A stretch of DNA of 64,000 nt from Selaginella moellendorffii (taxonomy: Eukaryota > Plantae > Lycopodiophyta), in NCBI RefSeq assembly GCF_000143415.4, contig NW_003314317.1, forward strand, positions 1,061,183 through 1,125,182, written 5' to 3'. This document shows positions 1-10,321 of the stretch, piece after piece. Every line of letters begins with the position of its first letter. Within the stretch, counting starts at the first letter, position 1. The notes under the pieces were generated by a model. It did no database searches. It was given only the letters and a program-made list of their open reading frames with translations, and was not told where the DNA came from. A program made the position numbers and the translations under genes.

Positions 1-282
1 TTCCTTTTTTGTTTGTGCCGGTTAGCGAAGTGTTGCTGCCTCGCAGGCTCTTGCAGCATCGTTTTGCCTCAAGTCGATCCCGCCCAGCTGCACCAGCATT
101 CACAGCAACGCAGCCAAGCACAGAAAGAAGAGAAAGGGAGCAGGGCATGCGTTTAGTGCTGAAGACCCTTACGGGAAACGGAGTAAACAAGGGTAAACGA
201 TGTAGAAACTTTAGAATGACAACAATGTCAATGAGAAGTGGACATTGGCAGTCAAATCTATGCTTACTAATCTCAAACTCAT

Positions 283-460
283 CTAAAACAGAAGCTCTAG
301 CGCGTCGCTGGAATGCCCACACCGGGCATACGACGCTAGCATGGAATTCCAAGCGGCTTCCGCGGATGAATGATCGCCTTGAGCAAAAAAGATTTCTTCC
401 GCGCGATCCACCTGGTTGAATCTGCCATGAGCCACATACACGAGAATATCCATCGCGAAC
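283..460 (-). pseudogene. PPR (PLS-type) gene remnant
   Basis: Translation ...QVDRAEEIFF...AAWNSMLASYARCGHSSDALELLF*MSL is a single PPR motif. It is interrupted by a TAG (possibly from CAG) and no further PPR repeats are visible. Confidence 0.6.
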
Positions 461-647
461 CTGGATTGATTCTTGGGTCCAAACACGCAATTCCGGCTCT
501 GCTTCTTCTGGATGATGCTGATTGCCACCAACCTTCATACCAGCACCTGGGAAGTTTCGTTCGAGAAGCCTCTGATGGTACACATAATAGTTTGAACATA
601 GCTTAAGAAAACATTTGACGCGGCTCTAGAGGCCTGGACAAAAAACA

Positions 648-962
648 ATGGGAGCTCCTGTGTTTGCACCGACCGGAGCGGAAGAAAACTCCAATGATGG
701 AGGTAATTCTCTCGATGTTGCGGTTGCAGCTCAAGACGAGGATGGATCGCAATGCAAGGATGAGGGAGAGCAAGAAGATGGACTGCAATGCAACGATGCG
801 GGAGAAGAAGATGGATTGCGATGCAACGAGACACTTCAAGATCACGAAGATGACGACGACGTGCTTCGAGAGCTCCTCCTCGATGCTGGCTTTGAGTACG
901 GGTCTGGATCTGCCGATCATCTCAAGGCGCAAGATCAGGAAGTGTCCGAGGTCGACATATGA
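648..962 (+). CDS. Small acidic repeat protein of unknown function, copy 1 (E/D-E-D-G-L-Q-C-N repeats)
   Basis: Open 104-aa ATG-started ORF with internal QDEDGxQC repeats; homologous to 2146-2434 and 5215-5671. Confidence 0.35.
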   Translation: MGAPVFAPTGAEENSNDGGNSLDVAVAAQDEDGSQCKDEGEQEDGLQCNDAGEEDGLRCNETLQDHEDDDDVLRELLLDAGFEYGSGSADHLKAQDQEVSEVDI

Positions 963-2145
963 ATGATCTGTAATTTTTCTTCATTGCATCCAACGATCCC
1001 CTTTGAGGCGATGACGATGATGGATAATCTCGTGCATGTACATAACTTATAGCACTGAAAAATCATGTGTCACGAGGATTCATCTTGCTCTTGCTGTACA
1101 GAAAACAACTGCTAATGTATACACTATAATATATGACATGTTGTGGAGTGATCCTCAAAGCGACTGCATGGAGGTTTCGTCCAAGCTTTTTCAGCTCTCA
1201 AACTATTAATTCTTCAGGTAGAGTGGGCTGTGCACAAGGCAAATAAATATAGGAAGAACCTTTCAGTCAAAACGGTGGAGAAGATGACAAATTTCAAGGA
1301 TTTGGATGCTGCTGTATGTGAAATCTCGAGGGGGGAACCTTTGCACTCTTGCTCTGTTGTCTCTTTGCATCGGACTAGTGATAGCCTTTCCTCTGTTCTT
1401 CCAGTTTTTCGTAAATGTAAATCTTGTGCAAACATGCTCCAGCAATTCACGAAGCTCTTTCCCAATTTTAAAGGAAGAGATTGTGGTAGCTGAAGTAGCA
1501 TCGCTTTGACTGGATTGTAACTCAAAGTCTTTCCTCACTGCTGGAATTCTATCTTTCTTTGTTTTTACCCAGCGTGCATATTCTATATATATTCATCTTC
1601 AACTTGTGCATGGGGATTCAACTCCTACGAAAATGTCGCATTCCTGGATCATCCTGGCAAGCTAAAAAGTTTGTCTAGACGATATTGTGGATCAGTTTCT
1701 TACTCTTCAAAGTCCTGTTTTGACTCCACTCTTTTGTCCCATACGCCGCCAAAGAGACAAAATCATTTTCCGCAATCACAATGCTGGTCGTACAAAAAAA
1801 TTTAACCTCAAGAGACTGGAGCTCAAGTCCCTGGAATTGGGAAATCTTTTTCTTATCACATTTCAAATGCAACAGAATAGTATTGTTTAAAAAGAAACGC
1901 GTAGAAGAAATCTTTTGTACGAAAAGCTTGCTACGTAGGCACACATCACTCTCTCTCAATTTGACCAATTCTTCGTGTGGTGTCTCACTATGTATGGATT
2001 TCAAACACAGAACAAAGAATATTCTCGGCCAAAGAGATCTGTAAGCTGTCAAATGGCCACTGGAGAAGAGGTGATCTTAAGGCAAATCATAAGTTAAAGA
2101 AGAATTGGGCATGCACAAGCAATCCCCAGAGGGGCCTGGACTCGA

Positions 2146-2434
2146 ATGGGAGCTCCTCTTTTTAACGGTGAAGCATCACCCGAAGCGGCGATTGATGGAG
2201 GTAAGTTCTCTCGACGGCGCTATTGATTTTTAGATGAATGGTAATACTGCAGCTCAAGAGGAGGATGGATTACAATGCCCTCAAGACGAGGATGGATTGC
2301 AATGCAACGAGACGCTTCCAGATTACAAAGATGATGATGATGAAAAACTTCGGGACCTCCTCCTTGACGCTGGCTTTGAGTGGAGCTCTGGATCTGGCGA
2401 CCATCTCAAGGCGCAGGAGGAAGTGTCCGAGTAA
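2146..2434 (+). pseudogene. Small acidic repeat ORF, copy 2 (frame disrupted relative to copy 1)
   Basis: Same ATGGGAGCTCCT start and EDGLQCNET...LLLDAGFE...DHLKAQ block as copy 1. The copy-1 reading frame ends at a TGA near 2225. Confidence 0.4.
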
Positions 2435-3409
2435 GAGAATGGATCATCCGCCATCTTCTCATTGCGTCCAGCGATCAGGATGAGGAGAAAAGGCAAGGAC
2501 GATGCCATGTAGTGCGTGTACACGACTTAACTACACTGAAATAACAAGCCTCTGATCAAACAGCTTCTACATGCATATAAGTGATAACACTATTTGCTCG
2601 AGGCCAGTTTGTCCGCTTTTCGATCAGATTACAGGATGCTGATGATGAATTCGGAGGCTTCTTGCAGGCGGCATATTCAATGGCTCTGTTTTTCTTGCTT
2701 CATCGATGGATTTGCATGCTCGGCCGCATTGTTTACAATTGATTCTAAAAAACATGTGATTGACTTGTTCATGCGGACTGCCGTCTCTTTTGGATCGGCC
2801 TGTGTTCTTCCCCGTTTATTTTCGTCCTATCAGGAGAATCAGATTGCGAGTCACTGATATATGACTCCATCGTCACTGCTGCCACATAATCTAGTTTTGA
2901 TACGAGCAATCTCTCTCACATACACCATTTTCACAAGGAAATTCATAATGAATCAATTGTGTGGATGAGCTTGAATAATTAGCTTGCTGTCCAGGCTTCA
3001 AGTCATGCTTTTTCTTTGACGCTCTTGTTAGCTTGTCCGATATGCCGCCCAAACTTCCCTCTGGTCGTATCTGCATGAAGCATATCCATGGCAAACTGGA
3101 GCCCAGGTCCCTGGAATTTGGAAGTCCCATTCTCATCACGACCAGACAAATTCGCCAAGTGCCTAGATAGACAAATAGATAGCTATACTAGTCTGAATTT
3201 CACAATGGAAATAAAAGTTGATAGATAAGTGGACTCAGAGAGTGATCTCTAACGAGAACTTTGAAGAAAAATGGAAAAACTGTCAACTTCCTAGACTTAG
3301 GTGGCAAGTAAGATTCTTTGTATGTAGTTGAAAGTTCTTTGAGAATGTGAAGGTTTAAGAAACTTCATTAACTTCAATCTGCAAAGGAGCCTTGAGCTCA
3401 TTATATCAA

Positions 3410-3916
3410 CTAGAAATCCAAACTCTCGACAACTTTAGCCCCGTCCTTGCTGAGCTTATGAACCGAATAGCCAGCTCGCAGATTTCCATGCTTGCGGAAT
3501 CCCAGCACCATGCTCGCACCAATAGCTTCGGTCTTGCTCTCGTCATCCGTGACAGCCACAGCGGTCGGACCGGCACCACTGATCGTGCACCCGTAAGCTC
3601 CCTGTTTCATGGACTGGATCTTCACGGCCGCCATCCCCGGTATCATAGGACTCCTCGCAGGCTCCACAATGGTGTCGGACGCGAGAGCTTCGCCGAGGAG
3701 AGTAGCGCTTCCACCCAGGATAGCCGCAACCAGCGCCGCCGCCTGGCTGCAATTGGCAGTGTGCCTCTTGAGCTCGATCATTTGAGGCACCGCCTTTCGC
3801 ATCTCCTTTGTTGGAGCCTCAAACTCTGGAATGGCCAGGACGAAGAAGAGCTGCTTGCCGCTAGGAAAGACGAGAGGGATGAGATGGAGTGGAGCGTAGC
3901 TTCTGACGAGAACGAC
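3410..3916 (-). pseudogene. HSK: Truncated homoserine kinase duplicate (3' about 168 codons only)
   Basis: Near-identical (about 6 substitutions) to 6612-7117. It lacks the transit peptide and the PLGSGLGSS ATP-binding motif, and its 5' end is fused to unrelated sequence. Confidence 0.9.
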
Positions 3917-6900
3917 TGTGCTCAAGGCAAACAAATATAGGAAGAACCTTTCACTCAAAAAGAAATCTTGGAGAAGATGACGATTTCAAGGAATTGGATG
4001 CTGCTGTACGTGATGAATCCTAAATCTCGAGGGGGGAATCTTTGCACTGCCACGGTCTCGTTGGATCGGACTGGTGGTATTCTTTCCTCTGTTCTTCCAG
4101 TTTTTCGTAAATTTAAGTCTTGTACTCCAGCAAATCTTTCCCAATTTCAAAGGAAGAGATTGTGTAGTAACATCGCTTTGACCTTCTGAATTCGTCACTG
4201 CTGATGTGCCGCATTGACTGGATTGTAGCTCAAAGCCTTTTCCCACTGCTGGAATTCCATTTTTCTTTTTGCACAGCGTTCAATCTAGATTCGGGCATAT
4301 ATATTCATCTTCAACTTGTACATGGGACGAAAATGTCGCACTCCTGGATCATCCTGGGCAAGCTAAAAAGTTTGTCTAGACGATCTTGTGGATCAGTTTC
4401 TTACGCTGGTCGTGAATCCACGATGCAAAAAGTTTTTAACATCAAGAAATTGGAGCTCAAGTCCCATTGGGAAGTCTTTTTCTTATCACATTTCAAAAGT
4501 AATAGAACAGTATTGTTGAAACCAAAATGCGTAGAAGAAATCAAAAAGTGATCTTTGTACGAAAAGATTGCTCCATAGGACCGTGAATTTCATACCATTA
4601 AGTTTTCACAATGAGTGAAATTGAAGATTTCTCTAGTGAGAGGTCGATGCATGGAGAATTTGTTTCTTTGGATGTGGATTAAAATGGTTATATTTTGCTT
4701 CAACTGTTCGAGATTGACCATCTCTCTCTCCTGCTCTCTCTGGATTGACCAGCGCCTTGCTGCGGGCGACGCGGAGGAAGCTCCGGTAGAGACTGAGGAC
4801 CTGACGCTGGAGACGGAGCAGATGTAAAATATTGTTTCTTTTTTTTGTTTAAGTTTTCGCAAATAGTTTTCTTTTTGTGCAGATGCAAGCTATGAACTCT
4901 GATGTGACCAAGAAGGACATTCTCCCTCTCTCTCTCTGACCAATTCTTTGTGTGTGGATTAGGGACAAGAGTGTGGAGTTAAAACAGGACTTCGAAGAAG
5001 CTTCGATCAGTAGGCCTATCACCATGTATGAATTTCAACCACAGAACAAAGACACAGATCCTTTGTCTTTAGCTGAAGTAGAAGAATCTTCGGGTCAAAC
5101 CTCATTCCGACCGGAGCCCACGGATGGACTTTGTAACATTTGATCTTAAGGCAAATCATAAGTTAAAGAAGAATTAGACATGCACAAGCAAGCCCCCGAG
5201 GGGCCTAGACTCCAATGGGAGCTCCTCTGTGTAACGGTGAAGCATCACCCGAAGCGGCGGTTGATGGAGGTAAGTTCTCTCGACGGCGCTATTGATTTTT
5301 AGATGAATGATAATACTGCAGCTCAAGAAGAGGATGGATTACAATGCCCTCAGGACGAGGATGGATTGCAATGCAACGAGACAGCTATAGCTGGAAACGG
5401 GCAAGAGGATGGATTGCTATGCAACGAGACGCTTCCAGATTACAAAGATGACGATGATGAAAAACTTTGGGACCTCCTCCTTGACGCTGGCTTTGAGTGC
5501 ACCTCTGAATCTGGCGACCATCTCAAGGCGCAGGAGGAAGCGTCCGAGCAAGAGAATGGATCATCCGCATCTTCTCAATTGCGTCCAGCAATCAGTGAAG
5601 ATCATGATGAGGAGAAAAGGCAAGGACGATGCCATGTAGTGTCTGTACATGACTTAACTACACTGAAATAACAAGCCTCTGATCAAACAGCATCTGGATG
5701 CATATAAGTGATAACACTATTTGCTCGAAGCCAGTTTGTCCGCTTTTCGATCAGGGATGCTGACGATGAATTCGGGGGCTTCTTGTAGGCGGCATATTCA
5801 ATGGCTCTGTTTTTCTGGCTTCATCGTTAGAAGAGGATGGGTCTGCATGCTCGGCCGCATTGTTTACAATTGATAAAAAACATGTGATTGACTTGTTCAT
5901 GCGGACTGCCGTCTCGTTTGGTGTTCTTCCCTGTTTATTTTCGTCCTATGTAATCTTCTCAAAATCTCAGGAGAATGAGATCTGGTATATGACTCCATCG
6001 TCACTGCTTTTGTCACTGCTGATACATAATTTAGTTTTGATGCGAGCAATGTCTCTAGGAAAAGCTGCTGGATTATGGGACTCTCTCTCACACACACATA
6101 TAATATTCTCATTTTCACAAGGAAATTCATCCAAAAGTGTTTCTAGACCATGAACAAATGAATCAAGTGTGTGGATGAACTTAAATAATTTCTTGAAGCC
6201 TGCGTGTCCAGGCTTCAAGTCATGCTTTTTCTTCGACGCTCTTACCATCTTGTCCGATATGCCGCCCAAAACTTCCTTCTGGTGGTATTTGCATGAAGCA
6301 TATCCATGGCAAACTGGAGCCCAGGTCCCTGGAATTTGGAAGTCCCATTCTCATCACGACCAGACAAATTCGCCAAGTGCCTAGACAAATAGATAGCTAT
6401 ACTAGTCTGAATTTCACAATGGAAATAAAAGTTGATAGATAAGTGGATCTCTAGCGAGAACTTTGAAGAAAAATGGAAAAACTGTCAACTTCCTAGACTT
6501 AGGTGGCAAGTAAGATTCTTTGTATGTAGTTGAAAGTTCTTTGAGAATGTGAAGGTTTAAGAAACTTCATTAACTTCAATCTGCAAAGGAGCCTTGAGCT
6601 CATTATATCAACTAGAAATCCAAACTCTCGACAACTTTAGCCCCGTCCTTGCTGAGCTTATGAACCGAATAGCCAGCTCGCAGATTTCCATGCTCGCGGA
6701 ATCCCAGCACCATGCTCGCACCAATAGCTTCGGTCTTGCTCTCGTCATCCGTGACAGCCACAGCGGTCGGACCGGCACCACTGATCGTGCACCCGTAAGC
6801 TCCCTGTTTCATGGACTGGATCTTCACGGCCGCCATCCCCGGTATCATAGGACTCCTCGCAGGCTCCACAATGGTGTCGGACGCGAGAGCTTCGCCGAGG

Positions 6901-7117
6901 AGAGCAGCGTTTCCACCCAGGATAGCCGCAACCAGCGCCGCCGCCTGGCTGCAATTGGCGGTGTGCCTCTTGAGCTCGATCATCTGAGGCACCGCCTTTC
7001 GCATCTCCTTTGTTGGAGCCTCAAACTCTGGAATGGCCAGGACGAAGAAGAGCTGCTTGCCGCTGGGAAAGACGAGAGGGATGAGATGGAGTGGAGCGTA
7101 GCTTCTGACGAGAACGA
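3917..7117. repeat. Tandem segmental duplication, unit B
   Basis: Collinear with 1228-3916, with extra sequence at about 4580-5130. Confidence 0.85.
5215..5671 (+). CDS. Small acidic repeat ORF, copy 3 (possibly the last exon of a spliced gene starting near 4750)
   Basis: ORF 5303-5671 has EDGLQC repeats and is preceded by a ttttag acceptor. Upstream acidic exon-like blocks lie at 4750-4825 and 4960-5140. Confidence 0.3.
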
Positions 7118-7775
7118 AGCCTCCCATGAGCGAAGGCGCAATGTTGTCGGCGTGGTAGCCACTGACAACTGCCTCGGATTTGAGTCCGGCGTAAACGAGC
7201 TCCATCTTGGACAGCGGACTTCCAAACAGCGCGTTCACTGCTACCGCCGCCGCTGCTGCACTGGCGGCGCTCGATCCAAGCCCGCTTCCCAGAGGAAGGC
7301 CTTTGCTCAGCGATAGAGAGAGCCCGACCGACTTTATCCCGAGGAGCTCCATGGTGCTCTTGCCGGCGATTCCAGCACAGTTCTTCAGCGGCTCGTAGCT
7401 CAATCGCCCACTATCACCGGTGATGTTCTTGATACGGACTTTCCCCGGCTCTACACCCTCGTCAACCTCGGCCGTGACAAAGTCCCCGAGGCCTTGGACG
7501 GCACAGCCCAGAAAATCATAGCCGGGTCCGAGGTTGGCAACAGTGGCTGGAGCAAACGCCTTGGCCAGCTTCAAAACTGGACGAGGCTCGGCTGTGGTGA
7601 GCTGCTCGAGCGGAGAAAGAAGGTCCAAAGTTCCTGGAGACGATGCTAAAGTCGTAGAACACCTGACAAGCTTTACTCTCAACCTGATAAATCTCTTATG
7701 ATCGCATTTGCTGGATAAGAATGAGCTCTCCCCATCGGGGATCCAGGAAGAATGGCGGACACGCGAAAGCTCCAT
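6612..7775 (-). CDS. HSK: Homoserine kinase, plastid-targeted (GHMP kinase)
   Basis: Intronless 387-aa ORF with APATVANLGPGYDFLG, KGLPLGSGLGSSAASAAA, HADNIAP and CTISGAGPT motifs, and an S/R-rich N-terminal transit peptide. Confidence 0.97.
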   Translation of the reverse strand: MELSRVRHSSWIPDGESSFLSSKCDHKRFIRLRVKLVRCSTTLASSPGTLDLLSPLEQLTTAEPRPVLKLAKAFAPATVANLGPGYDFLGCAVQGLGDFVTAEVDEGVEPGKVRIKNITGDSGRLSYEPLKNCAGIAGKSTMELLGIKSVGLSLSLSKGLPLGSGLGSSAASAAAAAVAVNALFGSPLSKMELVYAGLKSEAVVSGYHADNIAPSLMGGFVLVRSYAPLHLIPLVFPSGKQLFFVLAIPEFEAPTKEMRKAVPQMIELKRHTANCSQAAALVAAILGGNAALLGEALASDTIVEPARSPMIPGMAAVKIQSMKQGAYGCTISGAGPTAVAVTDDESKTEAIGASMVLGFREHGNLRAGYSVHKLSKDGAKVVESLDF

Positions 7776-7824
7776 TCTTTCCTTGGGCTTAACCCCTAGC
7801 AGCTAAAACCCCTGCTCCAAAACC
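7776..7824. promoter_or_regulatory. 49-bp LTO1-HSK spacer with telo-box-like motifs
   Basis: Contains aacccctag, aaaaccct and aaaaccctag (the last overlaps the LTO1 stop codon). Confidence 0.4.
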
Positions 7825-8241
7825 CTAGAAGGATCTTCCATCGCTTCCAGCACTCGGCATTCCCTGGTAGTCAAGCTTGACACCCACCATGGAACTCACT
7901 GCCCTAAACTTCGCCCGGATTGCGTCGAGCTTCTCCTGGAGCTGCTCGTTCTGGTGATCCAGCACGGGGTAATCCCTCACGAGATCCCTCAGCTGCTGGA
8001 TTCCCCGCGCGGCCCTCGCCGAAAAAGCCGATTCGTCCCTCTGAAGCAGCGAAATCCACAGCTGCGCGCAGCCACCGTAGAATCCCAGCTCCTCGCCCAC
8101 CTGGAATCCTATCTTGAGCCCTACTTCGCGGCCCTCGATCTCCCCGGCGATCACTCCCTCCGCGAAACCCTCATCGAACCCAGCCTTGAGCTGCGCCTCA
8201 TCCAACCCCACTGTCGTTGCAAAAATGTCGCTCTCTTCCAT
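7825..8241 (-). CDS. LTO1: LTO1/ORAOV1-like protein (Yae1_N domain, CIA Fe-S adaptor)
   Basis: 138 aa with deca-GX3 repeats GFDEGFAEGVIAGEIEGREVGLKIGFQVGEELGFYGG and a C-terminal LDAIRAKFRAV helix. Confidence 0.85.
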   Translation of the reverse strand: MEESDIFATTVGLDEAQLKAGFDEGFAEGVIAGEIEGREVGLKIGFQVGEELGFYGGCAQLWISLLQRDESAFSARAARGIQQLRDLVRDYPVLDHQNEQLQEKLDAIRAKFRAVSSMVGVKLDYQGMPSAGSDGRSF

Positions 8242-8374
8242 TGTGGATTAATGGATATTCCGAAGAACCCTAAAGGCTGCCACGTCAGAAATCGATACCC
8301 CTAAAATCTTAATTAACTTCTCAATTATTTATATTTTAATTTATTTTTATTTTTAATAATAACAAAGGTTTCAA

Positions 8375-8422
8375 TGTGAGTGCATGGAATATGGAATGGG
8401 AATACAAAAATGTTTAGCCCAA
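8375..8422 (-). mobile_element. Fragment of the Gypsy LTR family seen at 21066-21241 (inverted)
   Basis: tgtgagtgcatggaatatggaatgggaatacaaaaatg..ttagcccaa matches the reverse complement of 21184-21241. Confidence 0.6.
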
Positions 8423-10321
8423 TTGTCTTTTGGGTAGATGATGTAGCAAAAAATTGTATTATATTATAAAATATATAAATTACACAAATGTGTTTAATTA
8501 AAGATGGTGATTGTGAGGCATTTTACTTCAACAATGCTATTGAAATGGCAAAATCATTCAGGGTAGAGTTGCCATTTGCAAAAGTGGTGAAAAACCCTTT
8601 ATTCCCTAATTGTGTGACGAATTTTTTTTTTTTTTTATGTATACATAGTAAAATTTAGGTTAATATTATGTTTGTAGAATTTTAATTCCACATCAGCTTT
8701 ATTCAATAGATGGTTTAATACATTTTTGTATGCGTGAATTAATGTAAAGCATAAAAATTTAAATTAATTAATTTCATTTGTTACAACATGTAAGATTTAA
8801 CAAAATATTATTTGAATGGTAATTCTGTAAAGTTTATTATGTAAAATAGTTTTTAACATGATTTTTGTAGTATTTTACTTATTTTATAGAGGAATCTTTT
8901 ATAGCCAAAGATAAAATATACATTCACACAAAACATCATTTAAAGTACCAGTGTCCTTTGTGATTGTAAAATGTTTTGGCTCATTTGCAAGAGGATTAAG
9001 TAGATCTTCCTCTTTTAAAGACTAAATCATTTTGGCTCAAAGTTGGATCACTACTGAGATTTTAAAAAGAGAATTAATCATACATAGATATGATAGCTGT
9101 TTCAAATGGTAATTCTACTTCAACTGCTTTGTTAGCCATAATAAACATTCTAGAAAGCTATAGTATTATTAGGCTAGGGATTTATAGAGTCAATTCCCTC
9201 AAAGTTCACAACCTCTTTTTGATCTATGACTACTAAAAAACTAACACATAATTTATTAAGTTTACATGGTATAGAGCACTTAAAAAGAGTAAATCACATA
9301 TGTGGCATGCCCCACACATGTGCCATTTCTATTTAAATATTATAATGCACATAATCATATTTTGATTGGTCAAATGCACACATATTGTAATATGCATTTA
9401 ACATATCTGTATTATAATATTGTGTGAAATTGAAAATAAGAAAAATATATCTGCACAGATGTAAATAAATATAAACCCATGTGCAATCATATATTCATTT
9501 CTATAGAGGGAAATATAAAATTTTAAAGGAATTATAATAAATAAATAGATAAATAAATAAATAATCTTATAATGTTTAGAAAATAATTTTTTATTAAAAA
9601 TTTCCAAATAAGTAGCAAGATAAAATATAATAGAAGTTCAAATTAAATCTAAATATAGTGATCTAAAATTAAACATGATGACAATAAATATAAAATATAA
9701 TCCACTATAAAAAAAAGTCATGTATGCATATAGCACAAGCTATGCCATTTTAAATATTTTGAGAAAAACTACTACAGATAATTATTATTTAAATGATAAT
9801 AGTTATTGTTATCCAAAATGCATATGTGATTCTAAAAGCATCATTATTCTATAAAAGTCAAATGGTGAATTTAAGTGATTTATAATTTGTAATATTGTAT
9901 ATACTTAGAATATATTTAGATATTTTGGGAGATTCTACCATCTAATCTTGTATTTATAACTTATAAACTTCTAGTATATTCTAGTTTATTCTAAAAAAAA
10001 ACAATTGTGTTTATATTATAATTATTTTTCGGGCTTAAAATTAATTCTATAAGTGATGCTCCAACACCTTAAAATATTAAAAAGTAAGAGTTGAACTATA
10101 GACACTCACAATATTGTTATTATAAAGTTCTTTAGTTATTATAAGTCCAACTACATGGTTATTTAGAGTTTATTGTGCAATATAATAAGAAGTTTTAATT
10201 GAATTACCCAGACTAATAAATAACACTAAAAGAAAGAATTTAAGTTATTTAGATTATATCTCATTTATTCTACAGTAATAAATATTCTTACCAAACAAAA
10301 AAAAGTGCTCTGGTCAGAGCT

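Larger units (their letters stand above)
1228..3916. repeat. Tandem segmental duplication, unit A (partner 3917-7117)
   Basis: ctgtgcacaaggcaaataaatataggaagaacc at 1228 recurs at about 3917, directly after the break in the HSK half-copy. Homology is collinear through the acidic ORF and the HSK 3' half. Confidence 0.85.

Noticed and set aside
3410-3958. 182-aa ORF as a functional second HSK
   Set aside because: It starts at a non-ATG codon in unrelated sequence and lacks the ATP-binding motif and transit peptide.
6594-7316. Long antisense ORFs over HSK, MSL, UFO and the transposase (e.g. 6594-7316, 11198-12151, 33816-34829, 54152-55030)
   Set aside because: These are shadow frames of GC-rich coding sequence with no recognisable motifs.
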